Positions 28,076 to 38,873 are shown, numbered from the stretch's first letter. The stretch is DNA of 64,000 nucleotides from Paracoccaceae bacterium (GCA_018223125.1 JAAEZA010000018.1:2505-66504), one strand, 5' to 3'. Translations and numbers: made by a program. Notes: generated by a model not told the origin, from the letters alone.

Positions 28076-28858
28076 TTATAAAATTGTCCGGTAATCGAGC
28101 GCAGCCATCACATCTGCATCTACTTTACGGTAGATAAACTCCAGATCGCGCTTCTTATAGTCCGCTTTCAATTTGTGGTATTTGTAGCGGCGGGCGTAAT
28201 CTTCAAACCGCAGATTGTCCGATGCTTTGACGGAGCGGCGGACATTTGTGTAGCCGTTAGAGGTTGCCGGAATGTATTCCGCGATCCGGTTCAGGGTTTC
28301 GTTGAAATCCGACAGCAGATCTTCGTACCGGATGTGGATCACATTTTCGGCGGTCTCCATCAGATTCACATAGCCGCGCATCTTCCGGTTCCATAGCTCG
28401 ATCGGGCTTTCAAGCGGCTTTTCCCCCAGATTGTCCCGTTCCGACAGGGGCCATGGTGTGGTCAGGAACTGGTCGAAGGCCATGTCGTCTGCGGACCAGA
28501 GCGGATTTTCCGGGCGGTTGTGCAGGGAGGACAGGAAGAACACGGGGTGTTTGGTAATCAGCAGGAACAAAGTGTCCTGCGCGTGGGGCGCGGCACGGAT
28601 CACATCCACCGGCGGAGCGGCATGTTTCAAGCCGAAATCGGAATAGAGAATCCGTTCGTGGTATCTGTCCTGAAGCCGGTTTGCCTCGGCCGGGCGCAGT
28701 TTGGGTTTATACTGCTGCAACACCAGCCGCATGACCCGTTTGTCCACACCGAAATCCCCGCGCAGCAGGTCGGTTGCGAAGTTCTTGTTCACCAGTTTGG
28801 ACAGGTAGGTGGCGCCTGTATTACGTTCGCCGTAAATCTTGGTGAATAGACAGGTCAT
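28076..28858 (-). CDS. sulfotransferase-family protein (putative)
   Basis: The N-terminal IYGERNTGATYL resembles the PAPS 5'-phosphosulfate-binding loop. LITKHPVFFLSSL resembles the 3'-phosphate motif. IHIRYEDLLSDFNETLNRIAEYI is typical of the family's C-terminal region. GC is visibly lower than in neighbouring genes. Confidence 0.6.
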   Translation of the reverse strand: MTCLFTKIYGERNTGATYLSKLVNKNFATDLLRGDFGVDKRVMRLVLQQYKPKLRPAEANRLQDRYHERILYSDFGLKHAAPPVDVIRAAPHAQDTLFLLITKHPVFFLSSLHNRPENPLWSADDMAFDQFLTTPWPLSERDNLGEKPLESPIELWNRKMRGYVNLMETAENVIHIRYEDLLSDFNETLNRIAEYIPATSNGYTNVRRSVKASDNLRFEDYARRYKYHKLKADYKKRDLEFIYRKVDADVMAALDYRTIL

Positions 28859-28938
28859 CGGCTGCTCGGCTCTTGTTTTTTTCTACCTGCATTGTGCTAC
28901 GGCTTCCCCCCCTTTGCAAGCTGCGATAGGTTGACAGG

Positions 28939-31900
28939 ATGAGCACATCCCCCCGATTCATCCACCTTCGTCTACACTCTGCCTATTCCCTTCTGGAAGG
29001 GGCGATTCAGGTTAAGAAACTGCCCGATATGTGCGCCAAAGCCGGTATGCCGGCAGTGGCTGTCACCGACAGTGGCAACCTGTTTTCCGCACTGGAGTTT
29101 TCCGAAACGGCGGCCAAGGCGGGTATCCAGCCGATTGTTGGTTGCCAGATGGAACTGGCCTATGCAGCGGCAGCACAACTGGGCGGCAAAACACCTGCGC
29201 CCCGTCCTGTTGTCCTACTGGCACAGAATGAAGCGGGCTATCTCAACCTGATGAAGCTGAACTCCTGTGCGTTTCTCGAAAGCGGCGACCAGCTTCCCCA
29301 TATCACGCTGGACGAGCTGTCCCGCCATTCTGAAGGCTTGATCTGTCTGACCGGCGGGGCGACCGGCCCTGTGGGGCAACTGGTGCAGGACGCACAGGTG
29401 GATGCGGCGAAATCGCTGCTGACCCGCATGGCAGAGATGTTTCCGAACCGCCTTTATGTGGAACTGCAACGTCATCCCGAAAACGGCGCGAAGGGCACGG
29501 CTGCCGAACTGGCAACCGAACCTTTCCTTGTGCAAACCGCCTATGCGATGGACTTGCCGCTGGTGGCCACCAATGACGTCTATTTCCCCAAGGCCGAAAT
29601 GTATGACGCCCATGATGCGCTGATCTGTATTGCGGATGGCGCCTATGTGGACCAGCAGGAACCCCGTCGCCGCCTTACCCCCGAACATTATTTCAAGACT
29701 CCGGATGAAATGGCGGAACTGTTCGCGGATGTGCCCGAAGCGATTGAAAACACCGTCGAGATCGCCAAACGCTGCGGTTTTCGTGCGACAACCCGCGATC
29801 CGATCCTGCCGAAATTTGCCGATGACGAGGTGGAGGAACTCCGCCGTCAGGCAAATGAGGGTCTGCAGGCCCGTCTTGCCGTGATCCCCCATGCAGCCAG
29901 CGTTGAGGACTACCAGAAGCGGCTCGACTTTGAACTCGATATCATCGAGGGCATGGGCTTTCCGGGTTACTTCCTGATCGTTGCGGACTTCATCAAATGG
30001 GCAAAGGACAACAATATTCCGGTGGGGCCGGGGCGGGGCTCCGGTGCGGGCAGTCTTGTGGCCTATGCGCTGACGGTGACGGACCTTGATCCGCTGCGCT
30101 ATTCCCTGCTGTTCGAGCGGTTCCTCAACCCCGAGCGGGTTTCGATGCCCGACTTCGATATCGACTTCTGCATGGACCGCCGCGAAGAGGTGATCCGCTA
30201 TGTGCAGCAGAAATACGGCCGCGACAAGGTGGGCCAGATCATCACATTCGGTGCGCTGCTGTCCAAAGCGGCGGTGCGCGACATCGGGCGCGTGTTGCAG
30301 ATGCCCTACGGTCAGGTGGACCGGTTGTCCAAGCTGATCCCTGTCGAGGGCGTCAAACCCGTATCCATTGAAAAGGCACTGGCGGATGAGCCGCGTCTGC
30401 GGGAAGAGGCCAAGGCCGAACAGGTGGTGGACCGGATGCTGACCTATGCCCAGCAGGTGGAAGGCCTGTTGCGCAACGCATCGACCCACGCGGCGGGTGT
30501 GGTGATCGGCGATCGACCGCTGGACGAACTGGTGCCGCTCTATCAGGATCCGCGATCCGACATGCCGGCGACCCAGTTCAACATGAAATGGGTGGAACAG
30601 GCCGGTCTGGTTAAATTCGACTTTCTGGGCCTGAAAACCCTGACCGTGATCCAGAACGCGATGGACCTGATCGAAGGGCAGGGGCGGCCGCTGCATATCG
30701 GGCCGGATGGCACCCAGCTTTATGATCCGCCCGAAGGGGCCGAAGGGGACATCGGTGCGATCCCGCTTGATGATGAGAAGACCTACAAACTGTATGCGGA
30801 TGCGCGCACGGTTGCGGTGTTTCAGGTGGAATCCAGCGGTATGATGGATGCGCTGCGGCGCATGAAACCGGACTGTATCGAAGACATCATCGCGCTTGTG
30901 GCGCTCTACCGGCCCGGACCGATGGAAAACATCCCCAAATTCTGCGAGGTGAAGAACGGCCTCTCGGAACGGGACAAACTGCACCCCTCGATCGACCATA
31001 TTCTCGACGAAACCCAAGGTATCATCGTCTATCAGGAACAGGTGATGCAGATCGCGCAGGAAATGGCGGGATACTCCCTTGGGGGTGCGGATTTGCTGCG
31101 CCGTGCGATGGGTAAGAAAATTCAGGAAGCGATGGACGCAGAGCGGCCCAAATTCCTTGAAGGGGCGGCCAAGAACGGTGTGGACAAGAAGAAGGCGATG
31201 GAGGTCTGGAACCTTCTGGACAAATTCGCCAACTACGGGTTCAACAAATCCCACGCGGCGGCCTATGCGGTGGTATCCTATCAGACCGGCTGGCTGAAAG
31301 CGAACCATCCGGTGGAATTTATGGCCGCCGTGATGAACTGCGATATCCATCTGACCGACAAGCTCGGCGTGTTTATCGAGGAAACCAAACGCCGGTTGAG
31401 AATCGACGTGGTGCCCCCCTGTGTAAACCAGTCACTGGCAACATTTTCCGTCTCCGAAGGCAGGATCCACTATGCGCTGGGCGCGTTGAAAAACGTTGGC
31501 GGTGAGGCGATGAAGCTGATTGTCGATGCACGGCTGGCCGACGGGCCTTTTCAGGATCTGTTCGATCTGGCACGGCGGGTTGATCTGAAACGGGTCGGCA
31601 AACGCCCGATGGAAATGCTGGCCCGTTCCGGAGCGTTTGACCAGCTTGATGCAAACCGGCGCAAATGCCTTGAAAGTGTCGATGCGCTGGTGGCCTATTC
31701 GGCCTCCACATTCGAACAGAAAAACAGCGCACAGGGCGGCTTGTTTGGCGACAGCGGTGAGGACCTGCCCGCACCGCGCCTGCCCATGCCCGAAGACTGG
31801 CTGCCCACCGAACGGCTGGCGCAGGAACATCAGGCGGTGGGCTTTTACCTGTCCGGACATCCGCTGGATGATTACCTCGGTCCGCTTAAGCGCAAGAATG

Positions 31901-32448
31901 TGCTGACCCTTGCGGAACTGGAACAAAAAGCCCGTGGCGGTGCTGTGGCTGCAAAAATCGCCGGATCCATCTCTGGCAAGCAGGAACGTAAATCCGCGCG
32001 GGGCAACCGGTTTGCCTTTGTGCAATGCTCCGACCCGACCGGCCTTTACGAAGTAACGGTCTTCTCCGATACGCTGGAAAAATTCCGCGACATGCTGATG
32101 CCCGGTGAAAACGTGGTGTTGACGGTAGAGGCGACGATGGAGGCGGACCAGCTCAAACTGCTTTGTCGTGGTGCGCAGGCGGTGGATGCCGCCGTGGCGG
32201 ATGCGGCCTCTATGGGGTTGAAGGTCTATATCGGGGAAGAAGCCGCCATCGGCTCGGTCGCGACCCGGCTGGAAGAAGCCAGCAAGGGGGGCAATCCGCG
32301 CAGTCGCGGTCCGGTGCATCTGGTGTTGATGCACCCCGAACTCCCCGGTGAAGTGGAAATCGCGCTGAAACAGGAATATGTGCTGAACCCGCAAATCAAG
32401 GGCGCGCTGAAACACGTCCCCGGCGTGCAACTGGTTGAGGAATTCTAA
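28939..32448 (+). CDS. dnaE: DNA polymerase III subunit alpha
   Basis: 1169 aa. The PHP domain starts at FIHLRLHSAYSLLEGA, followed by the pol III alpha core and a C-terminal OB fold. Confidence 0.95.
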   Translation: MSTSPRFIHLRLHSAYSLLEGAIQVKKLPDMCAKAGMPAVAVTDSGNLFSALEFSETAAKAGIQPIVGCQMELAYAAAAQLGGKTPAPRPVVLLAQNEAGYLNLMKLNSCAFLESGDQLPHITLDELSRHSEGLICLTGGATGPVGQLVQDAQVDAAKSLLTRMAEMFPNRLYVELQRHPENGAKGTAAELATEPFLVQTAYAMDLPLVATNDVYFPKAEMYDAHDALICIADGAYVDQQEPRRRLTPEHYFKTPDEMAELFADVPEAIENTVEIAKRCGFRATTRDPILPKFADDEVEELRRQANEGLQARLAVIPHAASVEDYQKRLDFELDIIEGMGFPGYFLIVADFIKWAKDNNIPVGPGRGSGAGSLVAYALTVTDLDPLRYSLLFERFLNPERVSMPDFDIDFCMDRREEVIRYVQQKYGRDKVGQIITFGALLSKAAVRDIGRVLQMPYGQVDRLSKLIPVEGVKPVSIEKALADEPRLREEAKAEQVVDRMLTYAQQVEGLLRNASTHAAGVVIGDRPLDELVPLYQDPRSDMPATQFNMKWVEQAGLVKFDFLGLKTLTVIQNAMDLIEGQGRPLHIGPDGTQLYDPPEGAEGDIGAIPLDDEKTYKLYADARTVAVFQVESSGMMDALRRMKPDCIEDIIALVALYRPGPMENIPKFCEVKNGLSERDKLHPSIDHILDETQGIIVYQEQVMQIAQEMAGYSLGGADLLRRAMGKKIQEAMDAERPKFLEGAAKNGVDKKKAMEVWNLLDKFANYGFNKSHAAAYAVVSYQTGWLKANHPVEFMAAVMNCDIHLTDKLGVFIEETKRRLRIDVVPPCVNQSLATFSVSEGRIHYALGALKNVGGEAMKLIVDARLADGPFQDLFDLARRVDLKRVGKRPMEMLARSGAFDQLDANRRKCLESVDALVAYSASTFEQKNSAQGGLFGDSGEDLPAPRLPMPEDWLPTERLAQEHQAVGFYLSGHPLDDYLGPLKRKNVLTLAELEQKARGGAVAAKIAGSISGKQERKSARGNRFAFVQCSDPTGLYEVTVFSDTLEKFRDMLMPGENVVLTVEATMEADQLKLLCRGAQAVDAAVADAASMGLKVYIGEEAAIGSVATRLEEASKGGNPRSRGPVHLVLMHPELPGEVEIALKQEYVLNPQIKGALKHVPGVQLVEEF

Positions 32449-32502
32449 AGGGGACCATCACGCCCGGGGGCTTCAATGTTCCCCAAATACTCAAACCCCG
32501 CC

Positions 32503-33276
32503 CTATGCAGCCTTTTCGAACTGCGCCGGTAAGTCCCCCAGCGCCTTGGCTTCGTCAATCGCCGCTTTCAGGTCTGTTTCCAACAGCTTGGGCAGGTCCT
32601 CAAAACTGTCGATCACGAAATACTGCGGTTGAACGATGTCGATCCGGTAGGGGGTGCGCAGCATGGTCATCAGGTCCGCTGGCGTATAAACCGCCTTTCC
32701 CGAACAGGCGAAATCCGCTTCGGACGGGGAACTGGCCACTCCTGCACCATAACCGCGCAGCCCGTCTGGCGTGTTGATCATGCCGAACTCAATCGTGAAC
32801 CAGAACAGACGAAACAGGTGCCAGCGATAGCCCTTGCCCAGCTCCACCGCGATTTTTCCGAAAGTCTCGATGAAATCGGTATAGGCCTGATTGGTCAGCA
32901 GCGGGCAATGGCCAAAGACTTCGTGAAACAGGTCCGGTTCTTCGATATAGTCCATATCCTCGCGGCGGCGCAGGAAGGTGGCCACGGGGAACTTGCGATC
33001 TGCCAGCAGGGTGTAAAACCGGCTTGGCGGAATGATGGCGGGAACGCCTTCAACACCGAAATTGGTCAGCTCTCCCAGCCGATTGTCCACCTCTCGCAAT
33101 TGCGGCACACGCGCGGCCTTCAGACCCAGCAGGTCGACCCCTTCAAGATACTCGGAACAAATCCGTCCCTTCAAAAAGGCAATCTGGCGGTCGAATAATT
33201 CGCCCCAGACCGCGTGTTCCTCTGCAGTGTAGTCGTAGAAACCGGTTTCGTCGGGAAGTTTCGAAGCATAGGCCAT
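32503..33276 (-). CDS. phhA: phenylalanine 4-monooxygenase
   Basis: 257-aa aromatic amino-acid hydroxylase with the iron-ligand context PDLFHEVFGHCPLL. Confidence 0.9.
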   Translation of the reverse strand: MAYASKLPDETGFYDYTAEEHAVWGELFDRQIAFLKGRICSEYLEGVDLLGLKAARVPQLREVDNRLGELTNFGVEGVPAIIPPSRFYTLLADRKFPVATFLRRREDMDYIEEPDLFHEVFGHCPLLTNQAYTDFIETFGKIAVELGKGYRWHLFRLFWFTIEFGMINTPDGLRGYGAGVASSPSEADFACSGKAVYTPADLMTMLRTPYRIDIVQPQYFVIDSFEDLPKLLETDLKAAIDEAKALGDLPAQFEKAA

Positions 33277-33385
33277 GGGTGTCTCCTTGTTTCCTATAGT
33301 TTACTCCGGTTCTCGTGGGAAAACTTGCCACAGTCGGGCGGGATTGCTAGAGTTTTGGGCGGGCTTTTCAGTAATGGGCGGTATT

Positions 33386-33844
33386 ATGGAATTTTCTGAT
33401 CAGGAAAAAGCAATATTGCGGATCATGCAGTCAGATGCGGGCCGGTCTCTGGCACAGATTGCCCAGGTGGTTGGAATGGCCCAAAGCACGGTCTGGCGCA
33501 AAATTCAGGAGTTTGAGGGTCTTGGCCTGATTGACCGGCGGGTGACGCTGCTTAATCCCAAGAAGGCTGGGTTGGGGCTGTGCGTGCTCGCACAAATCAG
33601 GATGCGCTCTCACACGCAAGAGGCTGTAGACGGGTTCATAGCTATGGTGCGCAGCCACCCCGAAATTCTCGAATGTCATGCGATTTCCGGTTCGGCGGAT
33701 TATTTCATCAAGGTGCGGGTTGCTGATGTCGAGGCTTACGAGAACTTCATGAGCCACAACCTGTTACGCAGTGATCTGGTGAAAACGGTTGTGTCTAATT
33801 TTGTCCTGAAAGAGATCAAGCACACGACGGAACTGCCGCTTTAA
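33386..33844 (+). CDS. Lrp/AsnC-family transcriptional regulator
   Basis: ORF 33275..33844, with the likely start at ATG 33386 (MEFSDQEKAILRIMQ...). It has an HTH_AsnC plus ligand-binding domain and is divergent from phhA. Confidence 0.85.
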   Translation: MEFSDQEKAILRIMQSDAGRSLAQIAQVVGMAQSTVWRKIQEFEGLGLIDRRVTLLNPKKAGLGLCVLAQIRMRSHTQEAVDGFIAMVRSHPEILECHAISGSADYFIKVRVADVEAYENFMSHNLLRSDLVKTVVSNFVLKEIKHTTELPL

Positions 33845-33970
33845 CCTCTGCGGGTTTCGGAAAGTTGAAACACCCGTCCCCGATTGTCACATCAACGCGA
33901 CCGGCGGGGGCTTGCGCTTGTTTCGGGGGCTACGGGATGTTTTGATGCCGTGATCCAAGGAGAGCATGTG

Positions 33971-35188
33971 ATGAAGAGCGAGAAATTTACCTTTACAGGC
34001 CATTCCGGTGAGGATCTGGCCGCCCGTCTGGATCTTCCGGCAGGGCGGGTGTTGGCGACGGCGGTTTTTGCCCATTGTTTTACCTGCTCCAAGGATATTC
34101 CGGCCGCGCGGCGGTTGTCCCAAAGGCTCGCCGCCGCAGGGATTGCCGTGTTGCGGTTCGACTTCACCGGATTGGGGCATTCCGAGGGGGAGTTCTCTAA
34201 CACGGATTTTACATCGAACGTGCAGGATCTGGTTCTGGCAGCGAAGGCATTGGAGGAGCGCTTGCGGGCACCGGGTTTGCTGATCGGTCACTCTCTCGGC
34301 GGCGCGGCGGTGTTGCGGGCGGCTGCACAGATCGACAGTGCAAAGGCGGTTGTGACCCTTGGCGCGCCCTTTGATCCGGCCCATGTGCTGCATAATTTCG
34401 GCAGCTCTCTGGCTGAAATCGAAGAACAGGGCGCGGCGGAAGTTTCCCTTGCCGGACGCCCCTTCACCATCCGCAACAGCTTTGTTCAGGATGTGTCTGC
34501 GGCAAACCTGAAAGATTCCATAGGCCGTTTGAAACGCGCGCTTCTGGTGCTCCACGCGCCGATGGATCAGACGGTCGGGATTGAAAATGCCTCGCAGATA
34601 TTCGAGGCCGCAAGACACCCCAAAAGCTTTGTGACGCTTGATAATGCGGACCATCTGATCAGCGATGGTGCGGATGCGGATTATGCTGCCGAGGTGATTG
34701 CGTCTTGGGCGGGGCGGTATCTGAAGCTCAGCCGTCCCGCGGCCCCGATTGGTGCGCCGGAAGGGGTGGTGCGCAGTGACGAAGCCGATCCCGAAGGGTT
34801 TTTGCAGGATATTACCGCAGGGCCGAACCATCATATCCTAGCCGATGAACCCGAAGCCTACGGTGGCAGCAATCTGGGCATGTCGCCTTATAACCTTCTG
34901 TCTGCGGGGCTTGCGGCCTGTACCTCCATGACCATCCGGATGTATGCGCGGCGAAAAGGCTGGCCGCTCAGCGACGTCAGTGTTGCAGTAACCCATGACA
35001 AGATCCACGCGAGCGCCTGCGCCACCTGTGTGACCACCGAAGGCAAGGTTGACCAGTTCAAACGCAGTATCACCCTGACAGGGGATCTGAGCGAGGACCA
35101 ACGCCAGTCCTTGCTGGAGATCGCGAACAAGTGCCCAGTTCACCGGACGCTCGAGAGTGAGATCAACGTAACGACGGCGCTGGCCTGA
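33971..35188 (+). CDS. bifunctional alpha/beta hydrolase / OsmC-family protein
   Basis: ORF 33884..35188. ATG 33971 lies 8 nt after AAGGAG. It has the nucleophile elbow GHSLGG and an OsmC-like C-terminus (LAACTSMTIRMYA...CPVHRTL). Confidence 0.8.
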   Translation: MKSEKFTFTGHSGEDLAARLDLPAGRVLATAVFAHCFTCSKDIPAARRLSQRLAAAGIAVLRFDFTGLGHSEGEFSNTDFTSNVQDLVLAAKALEERLRAPGLLIGHSLGGAAVLRAAAQIDSAKAVVTLGAPFDPAHVLHNFGSSLAEIEEQGAAEVSLAGRPFTIRNSFVQDVSAANLKDSIGRLKRALLVLHAPMDQTVGIENASQIFEAARHPKSFVTLDNADHLISDGADADYAAEVIASWAGRYLKLSRPAAPIGAPEGVVRSDEADPEGFLQDITAGPNHHILADEPEAYGGSNLGMSPYNLLSAGLAACTSMTIRMYARRKGWPLSDVSVAVTHDKIHASACATCVTTEGKVDQFKRSITLTGDLSEDQRQSLLEIANKCPVHRTLESEINVTTALA

Positions 35189-35398
35189 TTACCAGTGCGG
35201 CGGAGGTTGGTCCGCAAAGGTGACAGAGCCTTCGCCCTGTGACTGGTCCCGCGCCAGTTCCAACAATGCTGCCATCTGTTTTTCCATCAGGGCAATCCGC
35301 TTGGCCTGATCCGCCACCACATCCGACAGATCGTCTGCCGTCTTAATGGTATGGGCCAGCCGCTCTTCCAGAAGTGTTATCTTTTGTTCATCAGTCAT
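35189..35398 (-). CDS. slyX: SlyX-family protein
   Basis: The ORF has a probable start at MTDEQKITLLEERL. It is a coiled-coil peptide ending in PPPHW, as in SlyX. Confidence 0.7.
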   Translation of the reverse strand: MTDEQKITLLEERLAHTIKTADDLSDVVADQAKRIALMEKQMAALLELARDQSQGEGSVTFADQPPPHW

Positions 35399-35569
35399 AC
35401 CATATTTTACCTGCAATCCCGCAGGTGAACAATTGGAAAAGGCGGCATCGATGCGGTGGCGGGATAGCCTTTTGGGTAAATTCCTGTAAAGCGGTGGCTA
35501 AACCCTGCCTGTTGCTTGTCCCTTTACGGATTTTCCTTTATCGGGTGAGCCGAAATTAGGATTGATCCG

Positions 35570-37063
35570 ATGGCCAAAGACAAGAAAAAGAAAATTCAAC
35601 GCCCCAAGGCTCTGCCGCCCAAAGGGTTTCGCGACTATTTCGGGGCTGAAGTGGTGGAGCGTAATGACATGTTGCGCGAGATCACGGCGGTGTATCATCG
35701 CTACGGGTTTGATCCGCTGGAGTCTTCGGCTGTGGAAACGGTTGAGGCACTGGGCAAGTTCCTGCCCGATGTGGACCGCCCGAATGAAGGCGTGTTTGCG
35801 TGGCAGGATGAAGACGACTCGTGGATGGCGCTGCGCTATGATCTGACCGCGCCGCTGGCCCGTGTTTATGCCCAGAACCGCAATGATCTGCCGTCCCCTT
35901 ACCGCCGCTTTGCGATGGGTCCGGTCTGGCGCAACGAAAAGCCGGGGCCTGGGCGCTATCGCCAGTTTTATCAATGTGATGCAGATACCGTCGGTACGGC
36001 CAGCATGGCAGCCGATGCGGAAATCTGCGCAATGCTGTCGGACACGCTGGAAGCCGTTGGCATCCCGCGCGGCGATTACATCATCCGCGTGAACAACCGC
36101 AAGGTTCTGAACGGTGTGCTGGAAGTGGCGGGCCTGTCCGGTGACGATAAGGAAGCCGAGCGGGGCATCGTGCTGCGGGCAATCGACAAGCTGGACCGTC
36201 TGGGTCTGGACGGCGTGCGCGCCCTGCTGGGGGAAGGCCGCAAGGATGCCTCCGGCGACTTTACCAAAGGGGCCGGCCTGTCGGATGAACAGGCCGATGT
36301 TGTCATGGGCTTCATGAGCGCCAAGCGCGATACAGGGGCAGAGACCTGCGCCCGCCTGTCCGAACTGGTCCAAGGCTCGGACATTGGCGCAAAAGGTGTT
36401 GCCGAACTGGAAGAAATTGCCAGTCTGCTGGACGCGCAGGGCTATGGTTCCGACCGGATCGACATTGATCCTTCCGTGGTGCGCGGCCTTGGCTATTATA
36501 CCGGCCCTGTTTACGAGGCTGAACTGACCTTTGAAATCCTCGACGAAAAGGGCCGCAAGCGGCAGTTCGGCTCTGTTGCGGGGGGCGGGCGTTATGACGA
36601 TCTGGTCAAACGCTTCACCGGACAGGAAGTGCCTGCAACCGGCGTGTCGATCGGTGTGGACCGTCTGCTGGCCGCACTGCGGGAAAAGGGGCGGATCAAC
36701 AGCACGGCCAAGGGGCCGGTGGTTGTGACGGTGATGGATCGCGACCGCATGTCGGACTATCAGGCGATGGTGGCAGAGCTGCGCAACGCAGGCATCCGCG
36801 CCGAGGTTTATCTGGGCAACCCCAAGAATTTCGGCAACCAGTTGAAATACGCGGATATACGCGAAAGCCCTGTGGCGGTGATCGAAGGCGGCGACGAAAA
36901 GGATCGCGGCGTGGTGCAGATCAAGGATCTGGCCCTTGGCGCGCGACTGGCGGCGGAAATCGAAACCTCGGAAGAATGGAAAGCCCAGCCTGCGCAAAAG
37001 GAAATCGCGCGCACTGATCTGGTGGCCGAAGTCAAAGCCATGATCGCACGGGCGGCGGAGTAA
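35570..37063 (+). CDS. hisS: histidine--tRNA ligase
   Basis: Class II aaRS motifs are present ([43 protein letters not shown], and GGGRYD) plus an anticodon-binding C-terminus. Confidence 0.9.
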   Translation: MAKDKKKKIQRPKALPPKGFRDYFGAEVVERNDMLREITAVYHRYGFDPLESSAVETVEALGKFLPDVDRPNEGVFAWQDEDDSWMALRYDLTAPLARVYAQNRNDLPSPYRRFAMGPVWRNEKPGPGRYRQFYQCDADTVGTASMAADAEICAMLSDTLEAVGIPRGDYIIRVNNRKVLNGVLEVAGLSGDDKEAERGIVLRAIDKLDRLGLDGVRALLGEGRKDASGDFTKGAGLSDEQADVVMGFMSAKRDTGAETCARLSELVQGSDIGAKGVAELEEIASLLDAQGYGSDRIDIDPSVVRGLGYYTGPVYEAELTFEILDEKGRKRQFGSVAGGGRYDDLVKRFTGQEVPATGVSIGVDRLLAALREKGRINSTAKGPVVVTVMDRDRMSDYQAMVAELRNAGIRAEVYLGNPKNFGNQLKYADIRESPVAVIEGGDEKDRGVVQIKDLALGARLAAEIETSEEWKAQPAQKEIARTDLVAEVKAMIARAAE

Positions 37064-38169
37064 TGAAGAACGACCGACGCGCACGCATCAAGGAAGTGGC
37101 TGACAGGCTCTCGGCGGGGTTTGTTTCGGCGGGGGCCTTGCCGGTGGAAACCGACAGCCTGCTGCCTGCGGATGTGCTGCTGGACCTTTACGGCGAGGAT
37201 ATTCGCGCACGGGCTTACGTGACCCATGATCCCTTGCAGGGCGAACAGATGTTGCGGCCCGATTTTACCGTGCCCATCGTGCAGCGCCATATGTCCGAGG
37301 GTGCGGAACCGGCGCGGTATACCTATAACGGCAATGTCTGGCGCAAACAGTCGGGCGGCCGCCCTGCGGAGTTTACGCAAGTCGGGTATGAACTGTTCGA
37401 CCGCACCGATCCTGCCGGAGCCGATGCCGAAGTCTTCGCGATGTTTTCCGGAATGCTCGCAGGCTATCCGCTGAAGGTGACGACGGGGGATATGGGGATT
37501 TTGCTGGCAGCAGTGGACGGGTTGAAAACCACCGACCGCCGCCGCGCGGCCCTGCGCCGTCATGTCTGGCGGCCGGTGCGCTTTGTGCGGCTGCTGGAAC
37601 GCTACGGTGGTATGACGCCGCCTCCTGAAACCCGCACTGCCCTGCTGGCGCAGGTTGCGGAACGCGGCGCGGAAACAGTGCTGGAACAGGCCGGAACACC
37701 GCAGGGGTTACGATCCGAACAGGAAGTTCTCGCCCGTATCGCGGTTTTGCAGCAGGACTGCGCCGCTGCGCCGGTTTCGGCCGAAGAGGTGCAGATGCTG
37801 GAGCAGGTTCTTGCGCTGAAAGACACATCCAGTGCCGCGCTTGAAACGCTGCGCGACATGGCCGCCAGCTTCCCTGCGCTGAAGGCACCGGCAGATGCGA
37901 TGGAGGACCGGCTTAAGGCGATGGCCGCCCGCCGCGTGGATGTGGACACCCTGCCGTTCGAAGTCTCTTTCGGGCGGACATCTATGGAATATTATGACGG
38001 GTTCGTCTTCGGCTTTACCGCACCCGACCGCACTGACCTGCCGGTGGTGGCCAGCGGCGGACGTTATGATGCGCTGACCCGCGTGCTCGGGCAGGGGCGT
38101 TCCATCGCCGCAGTGGGGGGCGTGATCCGCCCCGAAGCCCTTGTGGCAGTGCAGGAGGGCGCGCTATGA
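37063..38169 (+). CDS. hisZ: ATP phosphoribosyltransferase regulatory subunit
   Basis: HisS paralogue lacking the anticodon domain. It is start/stop-coupled to hisS (TAATG) and overlaps hisG by 4 nt. Confidence 0.85.
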   Translation: MKNDRRARIKEVADRLSAGFVSAGALPVETDSLLPADVLLDLYGEDIRARAYVTHDPLQGEQMLRPDFTVPIVQRHMSEGAEPARYTYNGNVWRKQSGGRPAEFTQVGYELFDRTDPAGADAEVFAMFSGMLAGYPLKVTTGDMGILLAAVDGLKTTDRRRAALRRHVWRPVRFVRLLERYGGMTPPPETRTALLAQVAERGAETVLEQAGTPQGLRSEQEVLARIAVLQQDCAAAPVSAEEVQMLEQVLALKDTSSAALETLRDMAASFPALKAPADAMEDRLKAMAARRVDVDTLPFEVSFGRTSMEYYDGFVFGFTAPDRTDLPVVASGGRYDALTRVLGQGRSIAAVGGVIRPEALVAVQEGAL

Positions 38170-38873
38170 GCCTGAAACTCGGAATACCGTCCAAAGGGCG
38201 GTTGCAGGACAAAACCATCGACTGGTTTGCACAGCATGGCATCACCGTGCAGCGCACCGGATCGGACCGCGAATATGCCGGTCAGGTGCTGGGTGTGGAT
38301 AATGTCGAACTGGTGCTGCTGTCCGCGGGCGAAATCCCCAAGGAACTGGCCGCAGGGCGCATCCATCTGGGGGTGACGGGCACGGATCTGGTGCGCGAAA
38401 AGATGCCCCGCTGGTCCGATATCGTGGCCGAGGTGGAACTGCTTGGCTTCGGTCACGCAGATCTGGTGATTGCTGTGCCAGACTGCTGGGTCGATGTGAC
38501 CACCGTGGATGATCTGGATGCCGCCGCCGCGCAGTTTCGCGCCGATCACGGTTTCCGCCTGCGCATTGCCACCAAATATCACGGGCTGGTGCGCCGCTAT
38601 CTGAGCGGTGAGGGCGTGGCCGATTACCAACTGGTAGACAGTCAGGGCGCAACCGAAGGAACGGTCAAGAACCTGACGGCCGAGGCGATTGCGGATATTA
38701 CATCAACCGGAGACACGCTGCGGGCCAATGGCTTGCGCATTCTGTCGGACGGGTTGATCCTGAAATCCCAGGCCACGATGTTTGCCAGCAAGGCAGCCGA
38801 ATGGGACGCCGCTGCGCTGTCTGCATGGGGCGGTTTTGCCAAAAACTGTGGCTGGGCTGAAAAGCCCTTCTGA
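38166..38873 (+). CDS. hisG: ATP phosphoribosyltransferase (short form)
   Basis: 235 aa, starting MSLKLGIPSKGRLQ. It also contains the ATSGDTL-like motif ITSTGDTLRANGL. Confidence 0.9.
   Translation: MSLKLGIPSKGRLQDKTIDWFAQHGITVQRTGSDREYAGQVLGVDNVELVLLSAGEIPKELAAGRIHLGVTGTDLVREKMPRWSDIVAEVELLGFGHADLVIAVPDCWVDVTTVDDLDAAAAQFRADHGFRLRIATKYHGLVRRYLSGEGVADYQLVDSQGATEGTVKNLTAEAIADITSTGDTLRANGLRILSDGLILKSQATMFASKAAEWDAAALSAWGGFAKNCGWAEKPF

Noticed and set aside
29215-31350. 711-aa minus-strand ORF inside dnaE
   Set aside because: It is an antisense shadow of DNA polymerase III alpha, with a low-complexity His/Arg/Gly-rich translation.
35498-37084. 528-aa minus-strand ORF covering all of hisS
   Set aside because: It lies antisense to a gene with unmistakable HisRS motifs. 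Its translation is Arg/Gly/His/Ala-rich and motif-free, the typical shadow ORF of high-GC DNA.
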